The notes under the pieces: generated by a model | Told to the model about the DNA's origin: nothing | What the model saw: the letters and a program-made list of their open reading frames with translations, nothing else | The model's database searches: none | Shown: in pieces, positions 1 through 8,739 of the stretch | Numbering within the stretch: position 1 is the first letter of the stretch | How the letters are laid out: each line of letters begins with the position of its first letter | Translations under genes and position numbers: made by a program | DNA from: Myxococcota bacterium | GTDB lineage: Bacteria; Myxococcota_A; SURF-8 | Direction: 5' to 3' | Assembly (NCBI GenBank): GCA_965140415.1 | Contig: OZ223209.1 | Coordinates: forward strand, 960,001-1,024,000 | Length of the DNA: 64,000 nucleotides

Positions 1-1
1 A

Positions 2-1081
2 TTCGATGTCGAGTGCGATAAATACCTGATGCGCGCCACCGGTCAGGTTATGAAGTTCAAAGGCTTTATGGCGGTGTATACCGAACAGAAAGACGAGAGC
101 AAAAGCGAAAGCGATTCGGATGTCATGCTGCCGGATCTCAAAGAAGGCGAAACGCTCAAGGTGCTCGGCTTGAATCCCAAGCAGAACTTCACGCAGCCGC
201 CGCCCCGCTTTACCGAGGCCATGCTGGTAAAAGAACTGGAAGAGCGCGGCATCGGTCGTCCTAGTACGTACGCGTCGATTCTTTCGACGATTCAAGACAA
301 GAATTACGTCTCCAAAACCAAAGGACGGCTGAGCCCCAGTGAATTGGGCGAGATGGTTACGGATCTGTTGCAGGAAAACTTCCCGCGCATCATGGACGCA
401 AAGTTCACCGCCGAAATGGAAGAACAGCTCGACGAAGTCGAAGAAGGCAAGATGCCCTGGCTTAAAGTCTTGAGCACCTTCTACGGTCCGTTCTCCGAAC
501 TGGTGGAAAAAGCCAAAGAGAACATGCGCAACCTCAAGCGCGAAGAAAAACCGACCGGCATCGAATGTCCCAAATGCAAATCCGAGCTGGTCATCAAGTG
601 GGGGCGCAACGGTTCGTTCATCGGTTGTTCGGCCTATCCCAACTGCGATTTCACCAGCGAATACGTGCGCGGCGAGGATGGCTCCATCAATCTCGTGACC
701 GACAAGCGCACGGATGAAGTCTGTGAAAAATGCGGCGGCGGCATGGTCATCAAAAACGGACGCTTCGGTTCGTTTTTGGCTTGCGAAAACTATCCGAGTT
801 GTCGCAACACCAAGCCGGTCAAGGTCGGGATGAAATGCCCGGAGCAGGGCTGCAACGGCGATATCATCGAAAAACGTACTCGCAAGGGCAAGCTGTTCTT
901 CGGTTGCGATCAATATCCGAACTGCAAGTTCGCCTCCTGGGATCGTCCCCGCCCGGAAGCCTGTCCCGCCTGCGGACATAGCTACATGGTGGAGAAAAAC
1001 GTGGCCAGCGGCATGAACCTGCGTTGCCCCTCCTGCGGCCATACCAAGGAAGTCGAAGAACATGACAACGCAGCAAGCTAA
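2..1081 (+). CDS. topA: DNA topoisomerase I, C-terminal part (gene starts before the window)
   Basis: Frame open from base 2; TQPPPRFTEA, GIGRPSTYA and FTAEMEEQLD motifs; C-terminal C4 Zn-ribbon repeats (CPKC...FIGCSAYPNC); precedes trmFO. Confidence 0.97.
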   Translation, partial: FDVECDKYLMRATGQVMKFKGFMAVYTEQKDESKSESDSDVMLPDLKEGETLKVLGLNPKQNFTQPPPRFTEAMLVKELEERGIGRPSTYASILSTIQDKNYVSKTKGRLSPSELGEMVTDLLQENFPRIMDAKFTAEMEEQLDEVEEGKMPWLKVLSTFYGPFSELVEKAKENMRNLKREEKPTGIECPKCKSELVIKWGRNGSFIGCSAYPNCDFTSEYVRGEDGSINLVTDKRTDEVCEKCGGGMVIKNGRFGSFLACENYPSCRNTKPVKVGMKCPEQGCNGDIIEKRTRKGKLFFGCDQYPNCKFASWDRPRPEACPACGHSYMVEKNVASGMNLRCPSCGHTKEVEEHDNAAS

Positions 1082-2444
1082 CCCGGACGTCGTAGTCGTC
1101 GGCGCGGGATTGGCCGGTTGCGAAGCGGCGCTGCAACTGGCCGGGCGCGGGCATCGCGTGCGCTTGTACGAACAGAAACCGGCGGCGCGCAGTGAAGCCT
1201 CGGCCTCGAATCTGTTTGCCGAACTGGTGTGCAGCAATTCCTTTCGCGCCAAAACCCCGGAAAATGCGGTCGGGATGCTCAAAGAGGAAATGGAGCGTCT
1301 CGGCTCCTTTTTCATGGCGGCAGCTCGTCAAAGCGAAATTCCCGCCGGTGGCGCCTTGGCGGTGGACCGGGAGCGTTTCAGCGCATGGCTGACGGGCCGG
1401 GTTCGAAACCATGCGAATATCGAAGTCGTCGAACAGGAAGTCACCGAGGTTCCCAAGGAAGCGGAGGAAGTGATCCTTGCAACCGGACCGTTGACCTCCG
1501 ATGCCTTTGCCGAACAGGTGGCGGCCTTGACCAACCGCGAGCATCTGCACTTTTACGACGCCATCGCCCCGATCGTCGAGGCGGACTCCATCGATCTGAA
1601 CAAGGCGTTCTTTCAATCGCGCTACGATAAAGGCGGCGACGATTACCTGAACTGTCCTTTCAGCAAAGCAGAATACGACGCCTTTGTGGCGGAACTGTTG
1701 CAGGCGGAAAAAGTCGCCCCGCGCGATTTCGAAAAACCTAAATATTTCGAAGGCTGCCTGCCGGTAGAAGTGCTGGCGGAGCGTGGCGAGAAGACCCTGG
1801 CTTTCGGACCGATGAAACCGGTGGGTCTGCTCGATCCGCATACCGGCAAAATGCCTTACGCCGTAATTCAGCTTCGCGCCGAAAACGCCAATAAAAGCGC
1901 GTATAGTCTGGTCGGTTTTCAGACGCGCATGAAGCACGCCGAGCAGCAGCGCGTCTTCCGCATGATTCCGGGCTTGGAACATGCGGTGTTCCAGCGTCTG
2001 GGCAGCGTGCATCGCAACACCTTTATCAATTCAACCCTGCTGGTGGATCGTCACATCCGCCTGCGTCGGGATCCGCGCATCAGTTTCGCCGGACAGCTTT
2101 CCGGCGTGGAAGGTTATGTGGAAAGCGCCGCCAGCGGTCTGGCCGTGGCGCTGTTCACCGACAGTCGCCTGCGGCGGCAGCCGATTCCGCCGATGCCATT
2201 GGAAACCATGATCGGCGCGCTGATGGCTTATCTGGTCCGAATGGACGAGCACTTCCAGCCTTCCAACGTTACTCACGGCATGCTGCCTGCTTTGCAGGGA
2301 AAGAAACTGCGCAAGCGTGACCGCAAGCTGGCGTATGCCGAGCGGGCGCGGGAAAAGCTGACCGAGTGGATCGTGCACAATCGCGTGGCGCTATTGACTC
2401 CGCGTCAAGAGGAAGCGACCGGGAGCGAGGAGCATGGCGCGTAA
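1062..2444 (+). CDS. trmFO: FADH2/methylene-THF-dependent tRNA (uracil-54) methyltransferase TrmFO (Gid)
   Basis: VVGAGLAGCEAA FAD motif, ELVCSNSF, YFEGCLPVE, GSVHRNTF, AGQLSGVEGYVES; usual topA-trmFO order. Confidence 0.96.
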   Translation: MTTQQANPDVVVVGAGLAGCEAALQLAGRGHRVRLYEQKPAARSEASASNLFAELVCSNSFRAKTPENAVGMLKEEMERLGSFFMAAARQSEIPAGGALAVDRERFSAWLTGRVRNHANIEVVEQEVTEVPKEAEEVILATGPLTSDAFAEQVAALTNREHLHFYDAIAPIVEADSIDLNKAFFQSRYDKGGDDYLNCPFSKAEYDAFVAELLQAEKVAPRDFEKPKYFEGCLPVEVLAERGEKTLAFGPMKPVGLLDPHTGKMPYAVIQLRAENANKSAYSLVGFQTRMKHAEQQRVFRMIPGLEHAVFQRLGSVHRNTFINSTLLVDRHIRLRRDPRISFAGQLSGVEGYVESAASGLAVALFTDSRLRRQPIPPMPLETMIGALMAYLVRMDEHFQPSNVTHGMLPALQGKKLRKRDRKLAYAERAREKLTEWIVHNRVALLTPRQEEATGSEEHGA

Positions 2445-2727
2445 GTCCATCGTCACCGAAGCCGCCAAAAAACCGGTGCGCCGCATCGGTTGGCGGCATA
2501 TTCTCTTGTATCTGATTCTGTTGGCGGTGCTATTGGGTTATATCTGGTGGAATCGCGTCTCCGAAGAACTGTACACCGTGCCTGCGCCTGCTGCCATTCC
2601 CGCACCACCCAAGCAAACAACCACCTTTCGCGTTGCGCCGCCTGCTCCGGCAAAACCGGCCTCGGATTCGACAACAGAAAAAAACCAACCTCAAGGCTCT
2701 GACACTACAACGCCTATCGCAGAGTGA
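2434..2727 (+). CDS. Small single-pass membrane protein with Pro/Ala/Thr-rich tail
   Basis: RBS GAGGAG, overlaps trmFO end, one hydrophobic helix after a basic N-terminus. Confidence 0.6.
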   Translation: MARKSIVTEAAKKPVRRIGWRHILLYLILLAVLLGYIWWNRVSEELYTVPAPAAIPAPPKQTTTFRVAPPAPAKPASDSTTEKNQPQGSDTTTPIAE

Positions 2728-2728
2728 A

Positions 2729-3628
2729 TCAATGTAGCTGAGAATCGTCGTCGGTGGTGTTGACGCGCCCGGCGTTGATGGGATCGGTTTCAGAGGAATC
2801 GGTAGCTGTGCGCTTCCGTTTTTCGTTGACCGGTTCCGATGGCTGCTCCACTTGCTTGGCAGCGGTCTTCTTTTTGGGAGTGACGTTGCGTTTTGGAATG
2901 GTGCTCTGTTGCAGCACCGAAAGCAGGTGATTGATGAATCCCGGCGAAAAGCGCCGCGACCTGCGCAACAGCTTGATATCCTGAATCGAAATGCTGGGTA
3001 AAATCGCCATAACCAGCCGGGGCGGCGTATCGGGATTGTTGACCAGCGCCTTTTTGACTTCGTAGCGTGTGAACCAGCGCGGATTGTTGAACACCTCGCG
3101 CAGTACGTCGGGATGATTGGGCCGCCTGGCGCATATCTTGATGACGTCGCGTTCCAATAGGCGCGGATGGCGCAGCAGGTTGTGAATGACGGCGGGGTCC
3201 GGGTCCACCAGCAGTTTTTCGATTAACAGCGGGTCCGCTTTACGGGCCATCCACTTTCGCTCGCCCAGCGTCACATCCTGCAAATCCTGATGGGCATACA
3301 GTTTCGCCTGGCGTTTGGCTTTGATGGGAATCGGCGCCAGCCATTCGGCAGCCAGCATCAGTTTTTTGCGGTCGGCGATTTCGAAAATGCCGGACAGCCG
3401 CCGCCCCAGTTGGCGCTTGACCTCTGTAAAGTCACTGAGCGCCTCCAGCAGATCCAGGCAGTCGCGGTCCTTGTTCAAAGCGCGCCGATACAGCAAATCC
3501 AGTACATGCGCAATTTCCAGATCGCTGAAACGCGCCAGGTCACTGATGACACGCCGGGTTTTGAATTCGCGTTGTGGCAGCGAACTGACGCGGTCGACAA
3601 TGGCGGTCAGAATCTGGGCGTATTCCAT
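2729..3628 (-). CDS. Hypothetical helical-repeat (LRV/HEAT-like) protein
   Basis: 299-aa ORF with repeated L..DPD..V..NL..HP / ALVNNPDTP units. Confidence 0.7.
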   Translation of the reverse strand: MEYAQILTAIVDRVSSLPQREFKTRRVISDLARFSDLEIAHVLDLLYRRALNKDRDCLDLLEALSDFTEVKRQLGRRLSGIFEIADRKKLMLAAEWLAPIPIKAKRQAKLYAHQDLQDVTLGERKWMARKADPLLIEKLLVDPDPAVIHNLLRHPRLLERDVIKICARRPNHPDVLREVFNNPRWFTRYEVKKALVNNPDTPPRLVMAILPSISIQDIKLLRRSRRFSPGFINHLLSVLQQSTIPKRNVTPKKKTAAKQVEQPSEPVNEKRKRTATDSSETDPINAGRVNTTDDDSQLH

Positions 3629-3743
3629 TGAATATTTCCGAGGTTATTCAGATGGAGATGAATATGCGCAGGCTGCGCCGAACCTGATGTATGGCAAAAA
3701 AGAAAGGATTGGTATTCGAACCCAAACAAGGTTGTCTAAAAGG

Positions 3744-4148
3744 TTACCAGCTACCGTGTGAGCCGTGTGAACCGTGTGAACCATGTGAACCATGGGAGCC
3801 ATGGGAAGAGTGCGAACTATGAGAACCATGAGAACCATGGGAACCATGGGAGCCATGCGAGCCGTGCGAGGAATGCGAACCGTGGGAACAGTGTGCGGCC
3901 TGCTCGGTGCCGTCAAGCCCCGGGGCATCGGCGCTGCCATTCAGGAAATCCTGATCCATGCCGCCGTCGAAGCCGTCGTGCTGATCCATGCCGTGATTCT
4001 CTTCCGCTTCCGCCCCTAGCGATTGACCCAGAAGCAGCAGCGTCGTCGATGCGGTCAACGCCTGCTTCTTCGTGATCTTCCCTTCCTCGCTGAGGAGAAA
4101 CTGAGCCACTTTTCTTTTGATTCTGGGGACCTTTTTATTGGTGCTCAC
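3744..4148 (-). CDS. His-Xaa-Ser repeat protein (HxsA-like putative RiPP precursor)
   Basis: GTG start with AGGAGG RBS; basic/hydrophobic leader, acidic spacer, 16 HxS triplets ending in Trp. Confidence 0.85.
   Translation of the reverse strand: MSTNKKVPRIKRKVAQFLLSEEGKITKKQALTASTTLLLLGQSLGAEAEENHGMDQHDGFDGGMDQDFLNGSADAPGLDGTEQAAHCSHGSHSSHGSHGSHGSHGSHGSHSSHSSHGSHGSHGSHGSHGSHGSW
3750..3893 (-). repeat. 16 x 9-bp tandem repeat encoding HCS/HGS/HSS
   Basis: Counted directly; copies differ mostly at synonymous positions. Confidence 0.95.
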
Positions 4149-4276
4149 AGAACATTCCTCCTAGAAGAGGCCGATCTCTCGCCTCGGTACTGACGACCCA
4201 ATCTGCCGCATTCATAGACGATAAACACAATGCACGGCAACCTGCGAAGCGCCTCTCCAGACCCTCGTCTCCAATC

Positions 4277-4304
4277 ATTCTATCAATTTGACATCAGAAG
4301 TCAA
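4277..4304 (-). promoter_or_regulatory. Sigma70-type promoter for the HxS precursor
   Basis: Minus strand TTGACT-N16-TAGAAT with TG extended -10; overlaps TTGAC-N7-GTCAA palindrome (4288-4304). Confidence 0.6.
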
Positions 4305-4473
4305 GGACTAATATCCGTAAGTCAGATCGATTTGCACGGGAACTTTGTATGAAGAATTCAAAGGTTGGCTGCTTGCGGCCTTCCGTCAACTACTGAAGCC
4401 ATTCCAATGAAATCTTCGTCATTATGTCAGACATCGATGTCAGAATAGGTGTCGCGAATTGACTGCGACAGGA

Positions 4474-4511
4474 GCGCAATAATTACGCGAGGTGTTGCGC
4501 AGTAATTGCGC
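4474..4511. promoter_or_regulatory. Tandem palindromic enhancer-like sites
   Basis: GCGCAataatTACGC (4474-4488) and GCGCAgtaatTGCGC (4497-4511), about 100-130 bp upstream of a sigma54-like promoter. Confidence 0.55.
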
Positions 4512-4604
4512 GACACCCGATGGAATTTGGAAAATTACTATATTTTGCATACTAAAAAAAGAATTGGTAACCATTCTTATATGCTTTCTCGGTTGAATAC
4601 AATC

Positions 4605-4620
4605 TGGCATGAGTCGTGCT
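4605..4620 (+). promoter_or_regulatory. Sigma54 (-24/-12) promoter
   Basis: TGGCATGAGTCGTGCT, exact GG-N10-GC spacing, 58 bp before the ATG at 4678. Confidence 0.65.
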
Positions 4621-4677
4621 TATATATGCGGCGTTTGGCGCGAGGGGGTTCACCGACATCACAGGAGTAAAAACAAC

Positions 4678-5112
4678 ATGACGCAAGAAAAGAAACGAAA
4701 CATCCTAAGACGCTTGACCCTGACCCTGTTTGTTGTAAGCCTTCTCTTGGCCGGGTACACCATGGTGCAAGGCAACCGCGAGATCGAGGTTCCAAACGAG
4801 ATGCTCTTGCCGATGCTCAGCCAGAAGCAGTCCGGTTCGGTAACGGAAAGCATTTCACGAAACTTGAGTGAAGCTCGTGAGTTAAGCGAGAATTTCATTC
4901 TGGAAAGCGATAGCGGACGGCTGGAAAGCATTGAAACCGAATTCGACAAGCGTATGGGTGTGATTGCCAGCGAACTGGATCGACTCAGTGATGTGGATGA
5001 TCCGGGTTTGGAAGTGATTGTTGCCCAGTTGATGAGGTTGAGCGTGACCTATCGTAACGATGTCAAGACGGCCTTCACCAAGCATCGCCAGGATTTGGGT
5101 TTGGATAGCTGA
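4678..5112 (+). CDS. Membrane-anchored protein with helical (four-helix-bundle sensor-like) extracytoplasmic region
   Basis: RBS AGGAG before ATG 4678; one TM helix then amphipathic helices. Confidence 0.6.
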   Translation: MTQEKKRNILRRLTLTLFVVSLLLAGYTMVQGNREIEVPNEMLLPMLSQKQSGSVTESISRNLSEARELSENFILESDSGRLESIETEFDKRMGVIASELDRLSDVDDPGLEVIVAQLMRLSVTYRNDVKTAFTKHRQDLGLDS

Positions 5113-5180
5113 TGCGTCTAATGGTTATTATTCATTAGGAAACTCAATAGGTTACCGAAAAGACTAGATTGAACTTTCAG

Positions 5181-5210
5181 AAAGCGGGCAAATAAGCCCG
5201 CTTTTTTCTT
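5181..5210 (+). terminator. Intrinsic terminator
   Basis: AAAGCGGGC-loop-GCCCGCTTT followed by T run. Confidence 0.75.
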
Positions 5211-5528
5211 GTCAAGTATTCAAATCCGGGAAAGAGAGACGTTTTGTCCTGTTTGGATAGATTTTCCTGGATTGTAATGTTCCCCCTTTCCGCGAGATTC
5301 CGATGGAGCATTGGCTCCCGCCATGCTCCAACGGAAACCGGTATATATCGGTTCTTAATCATTTTCAGCCACCGATTCCAAGAATGTGTGCCATAGTCTT
5401 ACGCGATCGAAGATCGTGGAAGGCTGTGTGTCTTCAATAAGTTACACACGGCCCTCCGGAATTTCCATTCCGTGAGACCATGGCACATCGTGATTACTCG
5501 ATGGACAGAAATGAGTAATACCTGCTCT

Positions 5529-5566
5529 AAACAAAATCCCCCGGTCAATGTCATCAACCGGGGGAT
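5529..5566 (-). terminator. Intrinsic terminator
   Basis: 10-bp stem ATCCCCCGGT/ACCGGGGGAT then T-rich run on minus strand, 25 bp past stop at 5591. Confidence 0.75.
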
Positions 5567-5590
5567 GTGTAAACTGCATGTAAAGAAGCT

Positions 5591-8035
5591 TTACTTGCTA
5601 CTGTAGTATTCGTCCGCTCCCAGATCGAAACCGCTGTCATGACGTCGACGGTCGCCGTCGATATCGAAATAATGATAGAAACCGCTGTAATAAGCTTCCG
5701 GATCGATTCCGGCGTCCACCGCGCCATGCTCGTCGTCGGGCAGCGTGTAGCCGTTTTTGGCAAAACTGCTGGTCGCCAGATCGAAAGTGTTATCTCCAGA
5801 TGCGACGCAAGCCGTGAAGTTACAGGAGTTCAAATCGTCCGCTCCGATGCAGTTCCGGTTGTAGCCTTCCCATTGCAGGGTGTTGCATTGTGAATTGGTT
5901 CCCGTGAGTGCGTAAATGTTGTTGTTGAACAGGGTCACGTTCCCCGGAGAATGGAAGCTGACCCCCATCGAATCAACGCTGTCTCCCGTGTACACGATAT
6001 TGTTGATCATGGTGAGTGTGGTGCCGTAACTGCCAAGTTGCTGAGAATTGCTGACTCCCATGCTGTAGTAGCGACCGTCACCACCGAAAATGGTGTTGTT
6101 CACCAGCATGGTCGTAGCAGGTGAGGGAATGGCCAGCGCGATGACATCGCCACCGCTATTGGAGACATCCCAGCCGTTTCCTCCTTTGAAATAGTTGCCA
6201 ACAATGACCGACTCCACAAAGAAGCCGCCTTGCAGAATCGTTACGGCGGTGTAGGCATAGCCATTGCCGCCGTCGATCAGGTTATTGACCATGTCCAGTT
6301 TGCCGTGTACGCCATCATACCCATCGATTGCAATGCAGGTAATGTTGCCACTGGAATTCTCGCCACATTCAATGCTGTTGCGGCGCAACTCCAGCGACGA
6401 TCCGGCTTCGGCGTTGACCACTCTGAAAGCGGGGTCGTTCGACGAGGAATTCGTGCAGCCGTAAATGAGGTTATTCCACAAGATCAGTTTACCGTTATTG
6501 ACCACTTTCATCAGGGTAATGTCGCTGTGAACATCCTGCTCGTAGGCTCCGCATTGCAGCGTCAAGCCATCCAGTTTAGCCGTTTGGCCATCGACGGTCA
6601 GACCGACATCGCTATCCGCCGGGCGGTTGATTTGCGTCACGTGCGCTGCGTGGTTGCGGGTCCAGCCTGTGGCTTCGTAACCGCCGAAGATATCTGCTTC
6701 CAACGTCACAGCTTCCGTATATTCGCCTTCAGCGGCAATTACCTGCCTGTCGGTGTCGCGTGCCATGGCAATGGCTGAAGCCAGTGTTTCCTTTGGTTCA
6801 GAGGGAGTGCCGGGATTGAGATCGTCGCCGCCGTTGGTATTGACAAAGACGAAGAGCGACGCATTGCTGGCGGCAAGCAGATCACCGGAGTCGCAATCGT
6901 TATCCAGGCCGTCGTCTGGAATTTCGCTTGCGTCGGGGCGCACGAAGGGATTGGCATCGTTGCAGTCGGTGCCGGGAGTCACGCTGCGGCTGACGGTGCT
7001 GTCTCCCCAGTTGTCGAGATCCTCGTCTTTCATGCAGGCGTGAACCGCTTCGTTCGGGGCCGCGCCCGGATTGGTGTAGTAGTTGTTGTCATCGCAGTCG
7101 ATGGAAAGGCCCTGCGTGCCGCTGACGGCGTAACCATCGCCATCGTTATCGCCGGTGGTCGCATCGCCGAATTTGCCATCGCAGTTTTCATCCACGGCAT
7201 CCAGATCGTTGTCTTCGCGGGAAGGATTGATAAAGAAGTTGTTGTCGTTGCAGTCGTTGCCGCCTTCGCTCTGATCTTGATAGCCATCGCAATCGTCGTC
7301 CAGTCCCTCGTCGATGGTGCCATCGCAGTTGTTGTCCAGGCCATCGAAAGATTCAGTCAGGATGGAAGGATTCGCCAGGTTGCTGTCGTCGTTGCAGTCG
7401 CCCTGGTTTTCCGTGTAGCCGTCGTCATCGTCGTCCACATCCATATCACCGATCACGATTGCAGTGGCTACGCAGCTATCCGGCTGTTCTTCTTCATCCG
7501 CATCGCTGTCACCGTCTGTCATATCGCCATCGGGCATATCGCCGTCTGGCGTATCTCCATCAGGCATATCACCGTCTGGCGTATCGCCATCAGGCGTATC
7601 GCCATCGGCAGAATCGCCATCAGTGGAATCGCCATCAGTGGAATCGCCGTCAGTTGTATCGCCGTCGGTTGTATCGCCGTCGGTTGTATCGCCGTCAGTA
7701 GAATCGCCGTCAGTGGAATCGCCATCGGTTGTATCGCCGTCGGTTGTATCGCCGTCGGTTGTATCGCCATCAGCTATATCGCCGTCTGAAGAATCGCCGT
7801 CCGAGGAAGCTGGATAGGCGCAAAATGAGCCAGCGTCGACAGTCAGGCAGGTTTCGCCGCTTTCGCAATCGTCGTCGCTGCTGCAAGGACGATTTGTGTC
7901 GATCACCCAATCCACATCGCCGTCAGTGGTATCGCCGTCGCTGTCGCCGGGATCGTCGGAACTACTCGATTCGCAGGCACCGAGAATGAATGTTGCCGTA
8001 ATAAGTATACACAGTAAATAGAATTTCCGTTTCAT
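5591..8035 (-). CDS. Surface lipoprotein: DGD linker, MopE-like putative metal-binding repeats, right-handed beta-helix
   Basis: Lipobox LGAC; repeated DxDGDGY...DCND...NP...DGLDNxCD units; GGDDLNPGT..P..TL..AI beta-helix start; C-terminal DIDG..R...DLGADEY. Confidence 0.85.
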   Translation of the reverse strand: MKRKFYLLCILITATFILGACESSSSDDPGDSDGDTTDGDVDWVIDTNRPCSSDDDCESGETCLTVDAGSFCAYPASSDGDSSDGDIADGDTTDGDTTDGDTTDGDSTDGDSTDGDTTDGDTTDGDTTDGDSTDGDSTDGDSADGDTPDGDTPDGDMPDGDTPDGDMPDGDMTDGDSDADEEEQPDSCVATAIVIGDMDVDDDDDGYTENQGDCNDDSNLANPSILTESFDGLDNNCDGTIDEGLDDDCDGYQDQSEGGNDCNDNNFFINPSREDNDLDAVDENCDGKFGDATTGDNDGDGYAVSGTQGLSIDCDDNNYYTNPGAAPNEAVHACMKDEDLDNWGDSTVSRSVTPGTDCNDANPFVRPDASEIPDDGLDNDCDSGDLLAASNASLFVFVNTNGGDDLNPGTPSEPKETLASAIAMARDTDRQVIAAEGEYTEAVTLEADIFGGYEATGWTRNHAAHVTQINRPADSDVGLTVDGQTAKLDGLTLQCGAYEQDVHSDITLMKVVNNGKLILWNNLIYGCTNSSSNDPAFRVVNAEAGSSLELRRNSIECGENSSGNITCIAIDGYDGVHGKLDMVNNLIDGGNGYAYTAVTILQGGFFVESVIVGNYFKGGNGWDVSNSGGDVIALAIPSPATTMLVNNTIFGGDGRYYSMGVSNSQQLGSYGTTLTMINNIVYTGDSVDSMGVSFHSPGNVTLFNNNIYALTGTNSQCNTLQWEGYNRNCIGADDLNSCNFTACVASGDNTFDLATSSFAKNGYTLPDDEHGAVDAGIDPEAYYSGFYHYFDIDGDRRRHDSGFDLGADEYYSSK
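7508..7807 (-). repeat. 20 x 15-bp tandem repeat encoding xxDGD
   Basis: Counted from translation (SSDGD, TTDGD, STDGD, TPDGD, MPDGD). Confidence 0.95.
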
Positions 8036-8365
8036 TAGTCCTCCACACGTATTGGTTCACTTCCCCTTGTCTCTTCATTTGGTGGGTATCATACCGTAAA
8101 TTCAGAACTATTTCGATAAAAAACTCAAATGGGCAGATCGGAGGGCCGGGGCAACTTGTAAGCATTTACGAGTTTATTGTGTGGCAGCGTCTCACCACAT
8201 TCGAAGGTTGAAGGGAGGCTGTGTGCATTTTTTGGGGAAATGTCACACGATCTCCCGGAATTTATATTCTATTTGACCATGTCACATGGCGATTTAACGA
8301 TGGATAAATTGAGGTATGCCTGCTTTCAAATCGATCAAATTTCGTCGGCCCCATTCCGACCGAAG

Positions 8366-8408
8366 ATGACCGGTAAATGACCGGTAAATGACCAGTAAAT
8401 GACCGTAA
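8366..8408. repeat. Four tandem 11-bp repeats (ATGACCGGTAA)
   Basis: Two exact copies, one with a substitution, one with a 1-bp deletion; inverted partial copy at 8508-8521. Confidence 0.85.
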
Positions 8409-8739
8409 ACGAGCAGTTGAAATTACCTGAATTTATGCGGCAAAACGGCAAACAGGAATATGGGTCGCGTATTGGCTGCTTTGTAATGCAATATGCGAAA
8501 ATCAAGTGGTCATTTACGGTCGGGTGATGCGTTTTAGTGTGATTCTAGTGTGCATTTTGTGTGGTTTTAGTACGTTTGGCACCGCGTAGTGGCGCAGTTG
8601 TCGGAATAATCGGTTTTTTACCCTGAGTCAAAGTGCTATTTCTGACATCTCCGTCGGGTGCTTTTTTCCGATATCGCTTCCAAGTTGAAAATATGCTAAA
8701 CTACATTCGTGAAACATTCTTGAACTTCAGGAGGCCGTC

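Noticed and set aside
3644-4075. Alternative-frame repeat ORFs over the HxS gene (3644-3940, 3758-4075, 3792-4019)
   Set aside because: Shadows of the 9-bp repeat; only the HxS frame has a strong RBS and synonymous-site variation
8366-8408. Possible CRISPR array or plasmid iterons
   Set aside because: Units are 11 bp with no spacers; no cas or rep gene nearby
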